Positions 1 through 13,200 of a stretch of DNA of 64,000 nt are shown one piece after another. Within the stretch, counting starts at the first letter, position 1, and each line of letters starts with the position of its first letter. Below the pieces are notes generated by a model that saw only the letters and a program-made list of their open reading frames with translations, made no database searches and was not told the DNA's origin. Source of the DNA: Lingula anatina (taxonomy: Eukaryota; Animalia; Brachiopoda); contig CM120640.1 in NCBI GenBank assembly GCA_051362555.1, positions 62,412,788-62,476,787 of the forward strand, read 5' to 3'. Position numbers and translations under genes: made by a program.

Positions 1-2630
1 AAAATTTTGGGTGTGCATGCATACAGAGTGGTGGCATTTCCTCTCTTTTGACTTGCACTCGTTTTTCTTGAACAAAGTTTCTTTTGATTTCAAGGTACAG
101 ATTTCAGTCCTTACAGAAAAATTCAGGTCATTGCAAGTTGTAAAATTTATTGGCAAAAGAAAATGTTAGCTTTTGTTCTAGTTATATACCATTTGAGATG
201 GGCTTATCTTTTAATTAGAATATATAAAAAAGTGATCCCAGAACTGCAACTTGGCAAATGAAATAGAAACGAGGAGGATTTTTTGCAAACAGCTATGTAC
301 GAGTGCAAAATTCAAATAGATTCGATTGAAACAACACATTTTAATGAAATTTTTTATGAACTCCATTCATACATAATATTTTTGACAAAAAGATGAGATT
401 AAGATAGGTTATATATATGAACAAAAGTTGAGTATTTGAATATTTTCAAGACAATTTTCTTGTGTAGGGAAGATAAGAGCTCATACTCTCACAAGAAGAT
501 GTCTTGATTTGTTTAAAGGTGGTATGAAAAGTTGAGACTTTATTTATGGATGAAACCTGTGGCATTTCATAGCACCATATGCCATAGTTGTTCTTGTTAA
601 CTGTCTGCCTCCCATTGTATGTCTGGTGTGCAAATACCACATGGACTATAAATGCAGCTGATAGATCCACTCAGAACATTGGTGCATACATGAAAAAGTA
701 TGGGGAGGCAGATGGTGAACTGGTGGTCCCCTACATAACAAAATTTCATGAAAAATTGTTTTGAAATTTGGTGGTCCTGCAAATGTCAAACTTTGAAGAT
801 TTTGTTGAGTACCATAAACCGACATTATTCGTAACTGGTGACTTATGACATTTTCACATATTTATTTTGGGAGGGGGTGGGGGCACGGGTGTTATATCTT
901 GGCAATACAACTAGTATGTTTTGAGTGAAGGACAAAATAATATCTTTGCTTTAACATAAGAGAGTGAACTAACTAAAGCCCCTCCTCCCCCACACACATA
1001 CACATACACAGCATAGTTAATTAACCAATTAAGTCCTTATATTTCATATTTGTCAGGCCAGCCAACCAGGTGTTTTTTAATATTTTACCAAAAGCCATTG
1101 GAAGTTTCTTTCATAAAACTAAAATATGTACTTGTATTATACCTTTTATTTTATTTCTGGAAATTCACAAAAGTGTTCTCTCTCTCACCATTTGCCCTGA
1201 CACATTTAACCTGTTGAGATGTAGCTGATAACCTAGCATTCTTCTGCCTGTAAACAGGTATGTACTTAAAGAATTTAATGGCTTGATAATCACAGATAAT
1301 ATTAGGGGCCTACCCACTGTCTATGTTCTGAAAAAAACTCAACTGAAGTAACTGTTCTGGAGTTGGATCTTGCCTTTTGATTTGTTTTTGCTGTTTTTAT
1401 TTTGATCCATAAAACCTCTGTTTGGTTTTGTCATAAAAAAGTGTTGACAGTCCAGGAATAGGGCTAATTTCCACTTCTATTGGGTCAAGTTTATGTATAT
1501 GGTAAAGCCATAATATATACATTTGTATGTGCATTAGGGTATGGAAAAAAAATGAAAGAAAGAAAGAGAGTGAGTATTAAAGAATATGCTAAGCTGCTGT
1601 GATAAAACAATTGGGAAGAAAGAACTGATTGACTGATTTGAGATTATTAAATTTGGTATATTTTCAATACCAAATCTATAATATCTATCTATAAGAATCT
1701 CTACCTTGTGCCTTTCTTATTGCACCCAAGGTCATACCAGGACAAGCTCCATGCAAATGAACTTTGGAGTTGAAATCAGTCTAATATTTCAGCAAATATT
1801 TTTTCCTTTCATGTTATGTTTTTCAAACTTATTTCATGATTGCACTTTGGTTTCTGCCTCTCCTGCGTCTAAATTAACATTGAGGTTATCCAACCCCTAA
1901 TGTCCAATTGGAACTGCTGTGTCAAGAAATTTCTGCCAACTGGACCACTCATCTGCTGTCAGATATGGTTTGCTTTAGCACAGAGTTGATAGCCACTAAA
2001 ATGTGGCAGCTAATAGAGTGTGGTGGTGAGCTGCGGAGTGTTTCACTGCTGAAATGACAGTTGCGTATGATTGACAGTTGAATAATGGGAGAAAATGATT
2101 CAGTTTAGTTTTTTCCTTGAAAGTGCTATGAAAAAAAAACTGGTATGTGTTTGATCTCCTGGCTTACTGAGTTTAAAGGATTAGATTTGTTATCAAATTG
2201 TGAATTTTGTTAGAGAATTTGGCAGGGCAAAGTGTGCAAGTGGTCGGTCTATTATACTACCTTTTTGGTACAATCTGAGACAATACCAATTTATTAACAG
2301 GAGAAATTTAACCAAGATATCTTTATAACACTGGAAAATGAACAAATTTATGATTCTTGGCACACGTTAAATTGCTTTATTGTAACTCATTGACTTGAGG
2401 TTTAATTGATACATGACTTCACCTTTGATCTAACCTTTTAGTTGAAAGTTTAGTTTAAATTATTTTGACAAGTTACTAAATTTTTGGAAAACTACATGCC
2501 CCTTAGATAAGTTTCGGCAGTCAGTAGAAAGGCCATGTCCCAAAGTATTCTTAGGCATCAAAGAGTTCAAGGTGTTTTTAGAAATGTTTTGATTTAACAC
2601 AATTGACAGTTTAGCTTACCCTACCCATAT

Positions 2631-2636
<6 letters not shown>

Positions 2637-2686
<50 letters not shown>
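2637..2686. repeat. (CT)n microsatellite
   Basis: ~25 CT units. Confidence 0.97.
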
Positions 2687-2691
<5 letters not shown>

Positions 2692-3012
2692 CTGATTTTC
2701 TAATAGGAAGTGTGGTAGACTCCTTGTAACCTTGTTGCCTGATGTGACATTCTGTTTTGCATTTTATCTTGAGCAACTTGCCACTCTAGGTGGTATTACA
2801 TACTTTTCCTGTCTCTTTATTATTACTTGACCTGTTTAAGAGGCCCAGGCAGGAAATGCAGGGGCTCTATGGTTAGACTGCCTGGAAACAGGAAGCTAGG
2901 TGCCTCCCTCATTCTTGATGGACCAGACACTAGTTTGGTGGATATGGGTTCTCAAATTATTTCAAGTATTCCCATGCTAATACAGTCTCAAATTTTACTT
3001 TCATATTTGGCG

Positions 3013-3640
3013 TGCCAGTCAGTCAGGATGTTGTCAGTGGTGATGGTTGTGTCAGTCAGTCAGGATAGTGTCAGTGGTGATGGTTGTGTTAGTCAGTCAG
3101 GATAGTGTTTGTGGTGGTGGTTGTGCCAGTCAGTCAGGATAGTGTCAGTGGTGATGGTTGTGTCAGTCAGTCAGGATAGTGTCAGTGGTGATGATTGTGT
3201 CAGTCAGTCAGGATAGTGTTAGTGGTGATGTTTGTGCCAGTCAGTCAGGATAATGTCAGTGGTGATGGTTGTGTCAGTCAGTCAGGATAGTGTCAGTGGT
3301 GATGGTTGTGTCAGTCAGTCAGGATAGTGTCAGTGGTGATGGTTGTGTCAGTCAGTCAGGATAGTGTCAGTGGTGATGGTTGTGTTAGTCAGTCAGGATA
3401 GTGTTAGTGGTGGTGGTTGTGCCAGTCAGTCAGGATAGTGTCAGTGGTGATGGTTGTGTCAGTCAGTCAGGATAGTGTCAGTGGTGATGATTGTGTCAGT
3501 CAGTCAGGATAGTGTTAGTGGTGATGGTTGTGCCAGTCAGTCAGGATAATGTCAGTGGTGATGGTTGTGTCAGTCAGTCAGGATAGTGTCAGTGGTGATG
3601 GTTGTGTCAGTCAGTCAGGATAGTGTCAGTGTAGTGTCAG
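3013..3640. repeat. 37-bp minisatellite, ~17 copies (TGTCAGTCAGTCAGGATAGTGTCAGTGGTGATGGTTG)
   Basis: CAGGATAGT recurs every 37 bp (3061, 3098, ...). Confidence 0.97.
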
Positions 3641-4032
3641 TTGTGATGACTGGTAGTCAAGATTATGATTTCAGTTCTAATACATGTAAATTAAAAAGAA
3701 AAAACTTTTGATAAATGAGTGCTTTTGTGAACTCAATTTTTTCTTTTATTTCACATATGCTAGTTTATCTGACTATTTTATTATGTTTATCTTACAGAAA
3801 GTCTTTTGTAGAACATAAAAAGGATTAGGTATCTCAGGAGTTACAAGAAAATGGGCATTGTAATATAATAAGTCAAATAATACTTTATTTGCTTTTGGAA
3901 ATATTCATGCAATTGTGTAAATTCTTCTTTTGATTATTAAAACTTATTAGGAGTTCAAGTTTGATTATTAAAACAATAATCCTCAATTTTAATCACCAGC
4001 TTCCTAACCATAATTCTTCTTTATCTTTATAG

Positions 4033-4219
4033 ACTGGACTCTTATGGACAGACCATGGGGAATACTTCATAGAACCTGTGAAGGGCCACAACACAACAAA
4101 AGATCCCAAGCACCCACATATACTCTACAAACGCTCGGCATTACTTCCTGAGTTAGGTGGTTACCATGCCGACCACAGTCACCATGGTGACAGTACTGAG
4201 GGGTATTGTGGTGTTCAAG
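4033..4219 (+). CDS. ADAMTS exon: pro-domain end ([16 protein letters not shown]...HPHILYKR...YCGVQ)
   Basis: AG at 4031-4032, GT at 4220; EYFIEP and cysteine-switch CGV motifs. Confidence 0.88.
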
Positions 4220-7200
4220 GTGGGTTTCACCAGACAGAACATCATTTCTGTGCTTTAAAATTTTTCATTTGGTGTTTTTTATACCTGAGTTTTTGCCAGC
4301 TATTAACATTTCCCAGCTGACTTTTGGGTTGCATACATATACAAAAAATATGTTTTAAAAATGTTACATAAAAAAAGACTTTGGCTTACTGTGTTCACTT
4401 TACAAGTTTTAGAGATTACATGCCATCATAATCTGAATAACAGTTATCAATCTATTGATGTTTTTTTTCATGCAACTTGTTTAACATTTGTAGATTAATC
4501 TTACACGTTAAACAAAAACAGAGAAAGATTTCTATTTTTTGATAATCTCACAGAGAGAAACCAAATCCCAACATCCAGTGCCTTATGGCATGCCGCTCCT
4601 TGAATTGATATATTTGCATTAAATATTTGGAAATCGTGGGAGAAGTTTACAATTGGAATTGACATTAAACACAGTATGTGACCATTACATAACACAGGTG
4701 CAAGAAAAGTAGGAGCAGTCACAACTTCAGATCACTTCAAATGTGTCTGTATACTTTGACAAAATGCCAAATGATAAAAATATTCCTGGATTGATTTTTC
4801 TCTTCTTTTGCAGATGATATTCATTTATATAATTCTGAGTCCAAATTGCTAATGTTTGTACTATTTTTGTCTTTGTTTGAACCACTTGTTGGAATTTTTT
4901 GTATCCCACCTTTTTCTCTGTAGTAATTCAAGTATTTTTTTATTTTGTTTGTCTATAGTTACCTAATTTAGACTTTTTTTGGCAAAAGTAATTTTAGTTT
5001 CAACCTTTTCTTCTTACCATAACAAAGGGTGAACTTACTTATTATAAACATATTCTTCTGTTTATAATATAGAATCACACTGCCACCTGCTTGTCTATGA
5101 TATTAACAAAGTGGTAAAATGTGCTTAAGGAAATATTATACCACCAACTTGTATGAAATTAAAACACAAATTGTCTAATAGTCCAAAAATGAAAGGAGAG
5201 ACACAACAGAGAACATGCCGTTTTAAGTGGACAGTTTGTTACGAAATTTATTTATGGACAGGGATATTTGCCCTAGTGCTCCCCATGCTTGCCCTATCCA
5301 CTTGACTCTAAATGAGTGCTTAATGTAAATTTTGACCCTTTGTTCTGATTGTAATATCCAATTTGTTTCTCATTGTTACTCAGACTCCTTGACGGCAGTT
5401 GTGTTAAAACGGATGTCTAGTTTTATAGTGGTGTTTGGCCAGCGGATCACGGTTCTTCCTTTTTATTTGACATCTTCAGAATTACGTCCCAAAGACAATT
5501 TTGGTGAAGAGGCCGGAATTTTTGACACTTCAAGTGAGCCAGAAATTGGATTAAGCTCCTTGAATCTGGTTCAGTGGGGATCAAATTTAAGCATCACCCA
5601 AATATTGATAAGGTGTTTGGTATAATACCGTATTACCACTTCTTTTACTGTTTATATCTGTGCTGTCATCAGTCAGAATTTTTTTCTCATGTCATTCAGT
5701 GTCTTACCTTTGGTATTTGTCTATACTATATGTATGGGAACTGGTTCTTAATATCAGTTATACAACATGAAGAAGATTAACACTTCATTCCCAACATTAA
5801 CACACCCAGCCCCTGGATGGTTACTTCCTACAATCTGGCCAGAGACCCATTTTTCTAGAAAAGCCCATATTCACAGTTTAGTCATTCTATAAGAATATTG
5901 TATTTTCTGGCTATCTGCACTGATCATACCCTTTACTTTTAGCAAATCCCAATTCCACTTGTGCACGCAGTTTCTTCTTGGTACCTATCAGTATTCTTTA
6001 GAACACCCAACCAGTTGATTGATATGTGCATTCAATGGTGGAAAAATTGGTCCATTCACCTGAGTTGACTGTGTATGGGTTCACTGGCAGTGTTATCTGG
6101 CTTTACTTTCACCCCGATGCTTGCCCTGAACAGAATAGTGTGGAATAAACATCAAGGGCATTGAGTTGGTGGAGATGGCCAAGACTGGTTGAGAGTTGCT
6201 GGATCCAATAAAAAATATGGGACATTTAATTGTTTTGGCCAGTCACTGACCGGAACCCAAGGGGTCGGTCACTTTCACCAACTCGCCACCACTAGACCTT
6301 TGGTGTGGGAGCAAGTTTTCATTTTATGGCCAGATGTCTGTTACCATGAAATTAATCTAAGTTTCATCAGAATTAGTTCAGAAGACTGATTTTTTGTGCA
6401 AAATGTTTTTGATTTTTGTGTGAAATGTTTATGATATAATATCTTCACAAATTTGCATATTGTGAAAAATTCATAATTAGATGTGGGGTTAATTTTACTG
6501 AAAATCATACAATAGAAGGCAATCCATTTTTTATATTGTTATGTAAATTTGAATTCAGTAAATGAAAAATTCTGCAAAAATGCAAAATTTGGTAGCTGCC
6601 TCATAAAATCTTTGCTTGTTTACCTGACTGTAGCCCTGCCCATAATGCAGTCTTTGGGCAAGGCAAGCAGACGGACAAGATTACAGAAATATAAGATGAT
6701 TCCTGGCTTAAATCTGTTTTTCGGTACACATGGCTGTGATTACCTCACTTGAGATAGATTCCCACATACCTGCATTGGCTGGCTACAATTACTGTATGCA
6801 ACAACTGCTGATGTGAAAGTTTCTGAAACTGTGTAATGATATGCAGGACACTAATACAATGATGAAATTACACATTTTCATATTTTGCAGTAATATAAAA
6901 TCAAGACAAATATTATAGTTGATAGATTTAAGTGTGTGGATTCTCACAAGATCTAGCTTCTGTTAAATCGTCAGAAAAAAAGTGTTGCCTAAATCTCATT
7001 ATGCATTTGAAAATTTTTCTGTTATCTCGGAGTTTGTGCTCTTTTATTTCATTAAGTAGCAAGAAGGGTACACCTCTTTCAATACAAGTTAAATCATGAG
7101 TATCTGAGTCTGGTTAAACTGTGCCAAGTCCAAAATAAATTGAGGAAAAGGGCATGTTGTTGTCTACACACTGTCTTGATCGCATTACTCATTAGACAAG

Positions 7201-10200
7201 CGTATGACCTTGTAATATATTTGAAATACCACTCTTTGGTAAATAGTCAGTTAATTTTGGTGTTTGGACATCTTTGAAGTTTTCTGGTATCTCTTCAATG
7301 CAGTTATAAAACCAGGAATTAAGTGATTCAGTTTACCAATTAGAGAATTAGATTGTTAAACGACATTGAATAACTCTTGATCAGTCAAATATGTATCTGT
7401 TTCATTTGACATTTAAATAGGTGCCTTATCCAAAGATATTTTAAAGTCATCATTCAATATGCCGATTGTATTTTGTTATGTGCAAAGTAGCCAGATATTA
7501 AGTGATCCAGTTATTTGAAACTGTTTTATCAAAGTTTCTGTTTAAACAGTCTCAAGAAAATAACCTGACCAAATGTTTTGTTATGGTAAACAGGTGAGTA
7601 ATTCACAGTCAGGTGTGAAGTTCAAAATACATGGACTTTAAGGCTTTCTTTTAAATATGGGTTACAGCACTTATTTGGAGAAAGACCTGTGAATTATGTA
7701 ATACAAAAATAGCAATGGAACATTTATAAAATGAAACTTCCCAACAGATTTTTCAAGACATTCATCATTTTGTTCTGAATTTTCAGGATTGAAAATATCC
7801 TTGTTGGTATTGCTTATCCTTCTTTCTGAAATATTTTGGTAGATCGGTGAAAAGTCAACAGTGCACACTGTGATGGAGTGCTACTAAGATCAAGTGTGTT
7901 ACTGGATGTTCTTTGAAAACAAAAGTACCTTGTTTTATGCCAGGGAAGTATGCTGTTTCAGAAAGTGGTTGGAACATTTTTGTAACTTGTTCTTGTAGAA
8001 TTAAATGGTATAAAGAGATAGATCAATGAGTGCGTTGATATGTGGTTGTGTGTGTGTGATTGCATTTAAGTCGTGTTAAATTGAGTGCGGGCCCTGCTGT
8101 CTCTCTTTTTAAACATCTGTTTTGTTTTTACATAACCAGGAGTAGAGCAATGCATCACACAGACCATATCTGATTAAACGCCCCTTGATACAGTGAAAGA
8201 GCTTTTGCAGCATAAGGATTTTTTTTTTGCTTCAGTTCCATGTAAATTAACTAGAATAAAGTCATAAATTTTCACTCCGCCTTAAAGCAATTGCTGTCAA
8301 TTACTTTGAAAACTCAGCTTCTGACTTTTACAATTCAAGTGATTGCAAGTTTGAACAAAGTAAAACACTCTGGCAGTCAGTGGATGGCCTTATTTCCAAC
8401 CTTTATTGCTTATGGAACCTTTAAGGCTGAACTATTTTTGTTGTATAATACAAACATTATAATGCTTTGTTCTCTGTTAGACACCAATAGATGTGGGTTG
8501 CAATGCAGTTGGCTTTTTAGATAATCAATTATGCTCCCAAATTTGTAGACCAGTGTCTTAGAAGGGGAGCCATTTTTGGAACATTCTTGTTCATTTGAGT
8601 GTCATTTTATGCAATTTAATTGAATAATGTACATATACAAATGATACGTTATCATGAGTTGGTTTGAATACAGACTCTGTCCTTGGAGTTTTTATTGAAA
8701 TGAAAATGGTCCATCTCTGCTGCTGGGGGTGATGGTGATGGGGTTGTAAGTTGTACTTTGAGCAGCATATGGCCATGTTCACAAAGTTATTTGCTTAGAC
8801 TGGACTTGGTCCTGATTTCACCATAAAGATCATAACACAAAGGCACCTTGGTTTGAAATCCCCTAAGAGTGGTTACATTCTTGTGATGTCAGTTTGTCAG
8901 TTGGACTTTCCCTGGGCTAAGTAAGTCTAGTTGTGAACACGGCTTATGTATAACGACTCAAACAGACAGATTTGGTAAGAATGTGTGCTGTATGCATGTA
9001 ACTGTTTTTAAATTGAAATACCAGACACAATTATATTTTAATCAACATGTGCCAAGGAGAGCAGCAGTTGTTTCCTGTTAAAGGGGTTGGTAACCTCCAA
9101 GGTTTGCAAGCAATCAAAATCCCCTTGAAATGAGTTTAAATTGTGTAAAATTGTCTAAGTGTCAAAAGTAGGAAAAAGGTTAACTGGATTAGCTTTGTAT
9201 GTTTTGAGCTTTTGTCAAGTTATTGGATACAAAATCTAAGGAAAGCTATTACAGATTACGTGAAAATTGCCATTGCAGTCAAGTTTTGAATTATTTATTG
9301 AAAAGTTTCAATGGGATTTTTTTTTTTCAGATTTTTAAAGGAAAATAAAGTTATTGATAATGGTGTGAATGCTTTGAAATTATAACTTTTAAAAATTAAA
9401 TGGGGATTTAGAAATAGCTGTCAGTAAAAGGCAAGTGGGTGAACATGCCAAGAAGTATTTTTGTTTTAAGACGAAAACCAAACCTGAAAGGGGCAGAGTG
9501 TCTCATAAAATAAACACATTGTCAAATCCATATAATTTGAAGCCTGGTTAACTAAAACATGTGTCAAATTCTAACCAAAAAGTTTGAAATGGATAAAACT
9601 GTTAAAGACAAAAAAACACCCTTCATTGAGAAAATGTCTGTTTAATTCTGCAACCAGCGGTATTTTTCAATAAGTCTTTTTGAGAAATACATTTAAACAT
9701 ATGAAAATTGATGTCTTCATTTATAATGTCAACTTCTGTATAACATGGTATTATCTTTGATTAAAGCAATATCAGAATGGGTGTAGCTGTAGTTTGTTTT
9801 GATGGTTGTGTCAGATTTGCACCTTTCTATTACATTCCGTTTTGTAGTCAGAGGAAGCAGGGGTGTTGTTAGCTGTCTTCTGTTAACTCAGCAGCTGCTG
9901 TCCAATTTGACTTCAAAACAATTACTGAATCATCAAATTTTCAAAATCAGTGGCACCTGGGACTAGTGTAGTGGTCCATGTTGTAGGATCAGCTGACTCA
10001 TAGTTCAACATTTTATGGGACGTTTACCTAGCATAGTCATAAAATGAACTGTTTTTCAGTAAATAAAGAACAGTTTTGAATATTCTTCTTTTCAATGTTA
10101 ACATGTTTTATCACTAAGAACATCATTAGACACAATGAAATGTTGACAGCCTGTACAGTTTTGTCCATCTTTTTTCCTAAGTTTACTGATGATCTGGTTC

Positions 10201-13200
10201 ATTAAAGAGTTTCCTTTACCAGTGGAATATGATGGCCAGATTTATAGGTAATCCGTTTGTGCGTACTGTGACATTTACAGCGTTTATATCCCCTTGTCAG
10301 ATCGAGCCTGCAGAATACAAGTGTTCGTATCCAGTCAGTGAGGAAGAATATCAAAAATAGTTATTTAAGGCAATGTTTGCTCATTTATATGCCCTATATA
10401 CTTTTTTACAATAGTCCAAAACGAACCGGCATTTTTGCTGGGAAAAGGTAAGTTTTGGATAAAATTTGTTTAGATACACTACATTTTCATGTGGACACTA
10501 AGTATGCTAAGGTTCTATATGGCAGGAAAGGCTAGCATACTGGAACACTTACCCGAATGTTAAAAGCGATAGCAGGTTACTGACTACATTTACGAATACG
10601 TAACAATCTATCCATCGTATTCAATGGCACCGGAAACTCTATTGTTTTCCCAGCTTGTTGGTTTGACCATGGGTCTATTTATACTATGATTTGGCTTGTA
10701 ACGTAACTTTAACCAAATGCTCACAGCTAACCTAGCGGAATACGAACTTTGTGCCTTCTGCATTGGGAGACATCCCTATATTCTGAGGATCTGCAGTTCC
10801 AAACACTAATCAGAAATCGAACGCTGTTTTAGGGTCCAGTATTTCAAATTGTGGAGGGTCTGCAATTTCGAGGGTCAGTTCTTCTAAAAAATTTGATTGA
10901 TGCAAAAACTGCGCTTAAACAAATTGTATTAGTCGCACAATAAGGGCACTGACCTCCATTTCAAAGAAGCGAATTTAATTTGTTATCTCTATGCTGTTTG
11001 TACTCTATCTGTACCTTTGGAATGGCGGACCCTCGGAACAGTAGATCCTCAGAACACCAGACACTCGGAATATAACTATGTATCTCTGCATAGCAGACCT
11101 TTGTCAAAGTGAACCTCAGATTTTAGACATAAAAAAGAACCTTAGCCCATTTCACAGACCTTCATCACAAAGGACCTTTGTTACATATATCTGACCCCCT
11201 TGGGACTTACAATGGCTGTTCTTTACATAGTATGTCTACTGGGTTCAGGCCTACCCAACTACCAGACTCGGCACCTAAGGATCCTGAATTAACCGGTATA
11301 TCGGACCACACTACCCGTTTTCAAGGTGTGTGTCAGATCGCATTTCGGAGTATCAGCCAGAACACCGACAGGATGAGCCCTGACATGCTCGGCTGTCACC
11401 TTGATTGGATAGTAAACGATTGTCGTAAAATCACTATATGATTTTAAAACCGGGTGCATAATTTTGAAAGCCACCTAGATGAACCTTAGACTGCCACATT
11501 AATCTAATACAATGCAAAAAAGCCCTATCAAAAGTGGTCAAAACATTCAAACCGAATGTCGTAAAGTCCCCATATATCCCCATAGAGACAATAAAATAGA
11601 GTACTCTAAAGTAAGAGTACAGTTTAAGGTTGTTCAGCCGAGCGTGGATGAGCCCACAGTCGTGCTACAAAATTTGTTCTGGGGTATGATACTCCGAAAT
11701 GCGATCTGACACACACTTTGAAAACGGGTAGCGTGGTCCGATATACCGGTTAATTCAGGATCCTTAGGTGCCGAGTCTGGTAGTTGGGTAGGCCTGTGGG
11801 TTTGTCTTCTACAAACCCAACATTTTATATCTAGCAGATCTGCTTTTACAGCTTGTCCAGAACACAGTGAGCATATTTAACTCCCACCTCAGTAATTGGT
11901 TTAGAAAAAGAAAGGTTAATATTATAAAAACAGTTTCATTGTCTAAAGTACAAAGTAAACATGCCATCTGATCATTTGTCATAGGGTTTCTACACTGAGA
12001 TGGGTCATCCTAATTTAACAGTATTGCATTTCACAACTAAACAGTAGAAGGAAGGAGGAGTCTTTTGTCTGTTTCAAGACATATAATAGATAGGCTGGTC
12101 GGGTTAGGTAAAATTACCAAAAAATTACTACCCTTTTTTGGGTCATGGTATCTGTAGAATAAGAGAATTTTTTGTTGCCTTCTTTGTCATTGAGACTGGT
12201 GTTCATATATGTCTTTTTCATGTAAAATCTACTTGTTCCTTGCCACAGCTATCGCCAACACACTAATTGTTTTAGGCAAGAGCTGAGAATTTCATGCCAA
12301 ATGAAAGCATTTATCCAAATAAATAGAAATATATGTTTCTACCCACGTTTTAATATGGTATTTTATAAGTTTATTCATTTATCTTTGTCAGAAAAGTTTT
12401 AAATGGTCAAAAAGTATTAATGCTAGGAAATGTATATAGGTTTTTAGGCTAAAGTGAACCTTATGTGCATATTACATCTTTATTTTCTAGAAGTGGAGGA
12501 CAACTGGTGTGCAATAAAAATTAATAGAATTGTAGATAACATTACATGCATTAGATGGCATTATTGATATTTCTATTTCTTTTTATTTTAAGAAGAAGAA
12601 AAAGATGTAGCAGAAAAACAGCGGGAGAGGTGGGAAGAACATGAAAATAAAAAGAACCACAAAAGGCGACAAAAGCGATCTTACAGCTTGGAAAGAAATG
12701 TGGAAATATTGGTGGTTGTGGATCCCAAAATGATGGAATACTACAAGAATGATCAGATTGACACATATGTTTTAACTATTATGAACATGGTAAGTATAAA
12801 ATCAAAACATTCTCATCATAGTAATGGGATCAGTTTTAAAGTATAATGAAATTATCTCAACCTAGTTAGTTACTATTGCATGAATAGAGGGTGGGGTCGA
12901 ATGTTTTTCATTGAGTTTTTTCCTGGCAGTTATTCTGATTCTTTCCCTGCCTTCAAAAAGACAACAGTAAAAAGACTGAATGTATTGTAATGCCTACATT
13001 TTTTCTACAGAATGTTAACATGTATTATTTGACCACCCATGCTTGTCCTCAGAAGCAGAAATAAAAATAAGACCAGCATGTAACCCAATTCTGACGTAGG
13101 AGTGGTAGTACAATAGAAGTATGTGAACCAGAGATTTTACCTTAGTGCCACTTGTGTTGTATGCTGGGTTCCTTCCATTCAGTTGATTTAAAATGAAATT

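Noticed and set aside
3013-3640. Regular repeats resembling a CRISPR array (also 51911-53200 and 56001-56690)
   Set aside because: Units are contiguous with no unique spacers, there are no cas genes, and the context is eukaryotic introns.
1-4032. Upstream ADAMTS exons (signal peptide, rest of pro-domain)
   Set aside because: No convincing exon found; they presumably lie upstream of the window.
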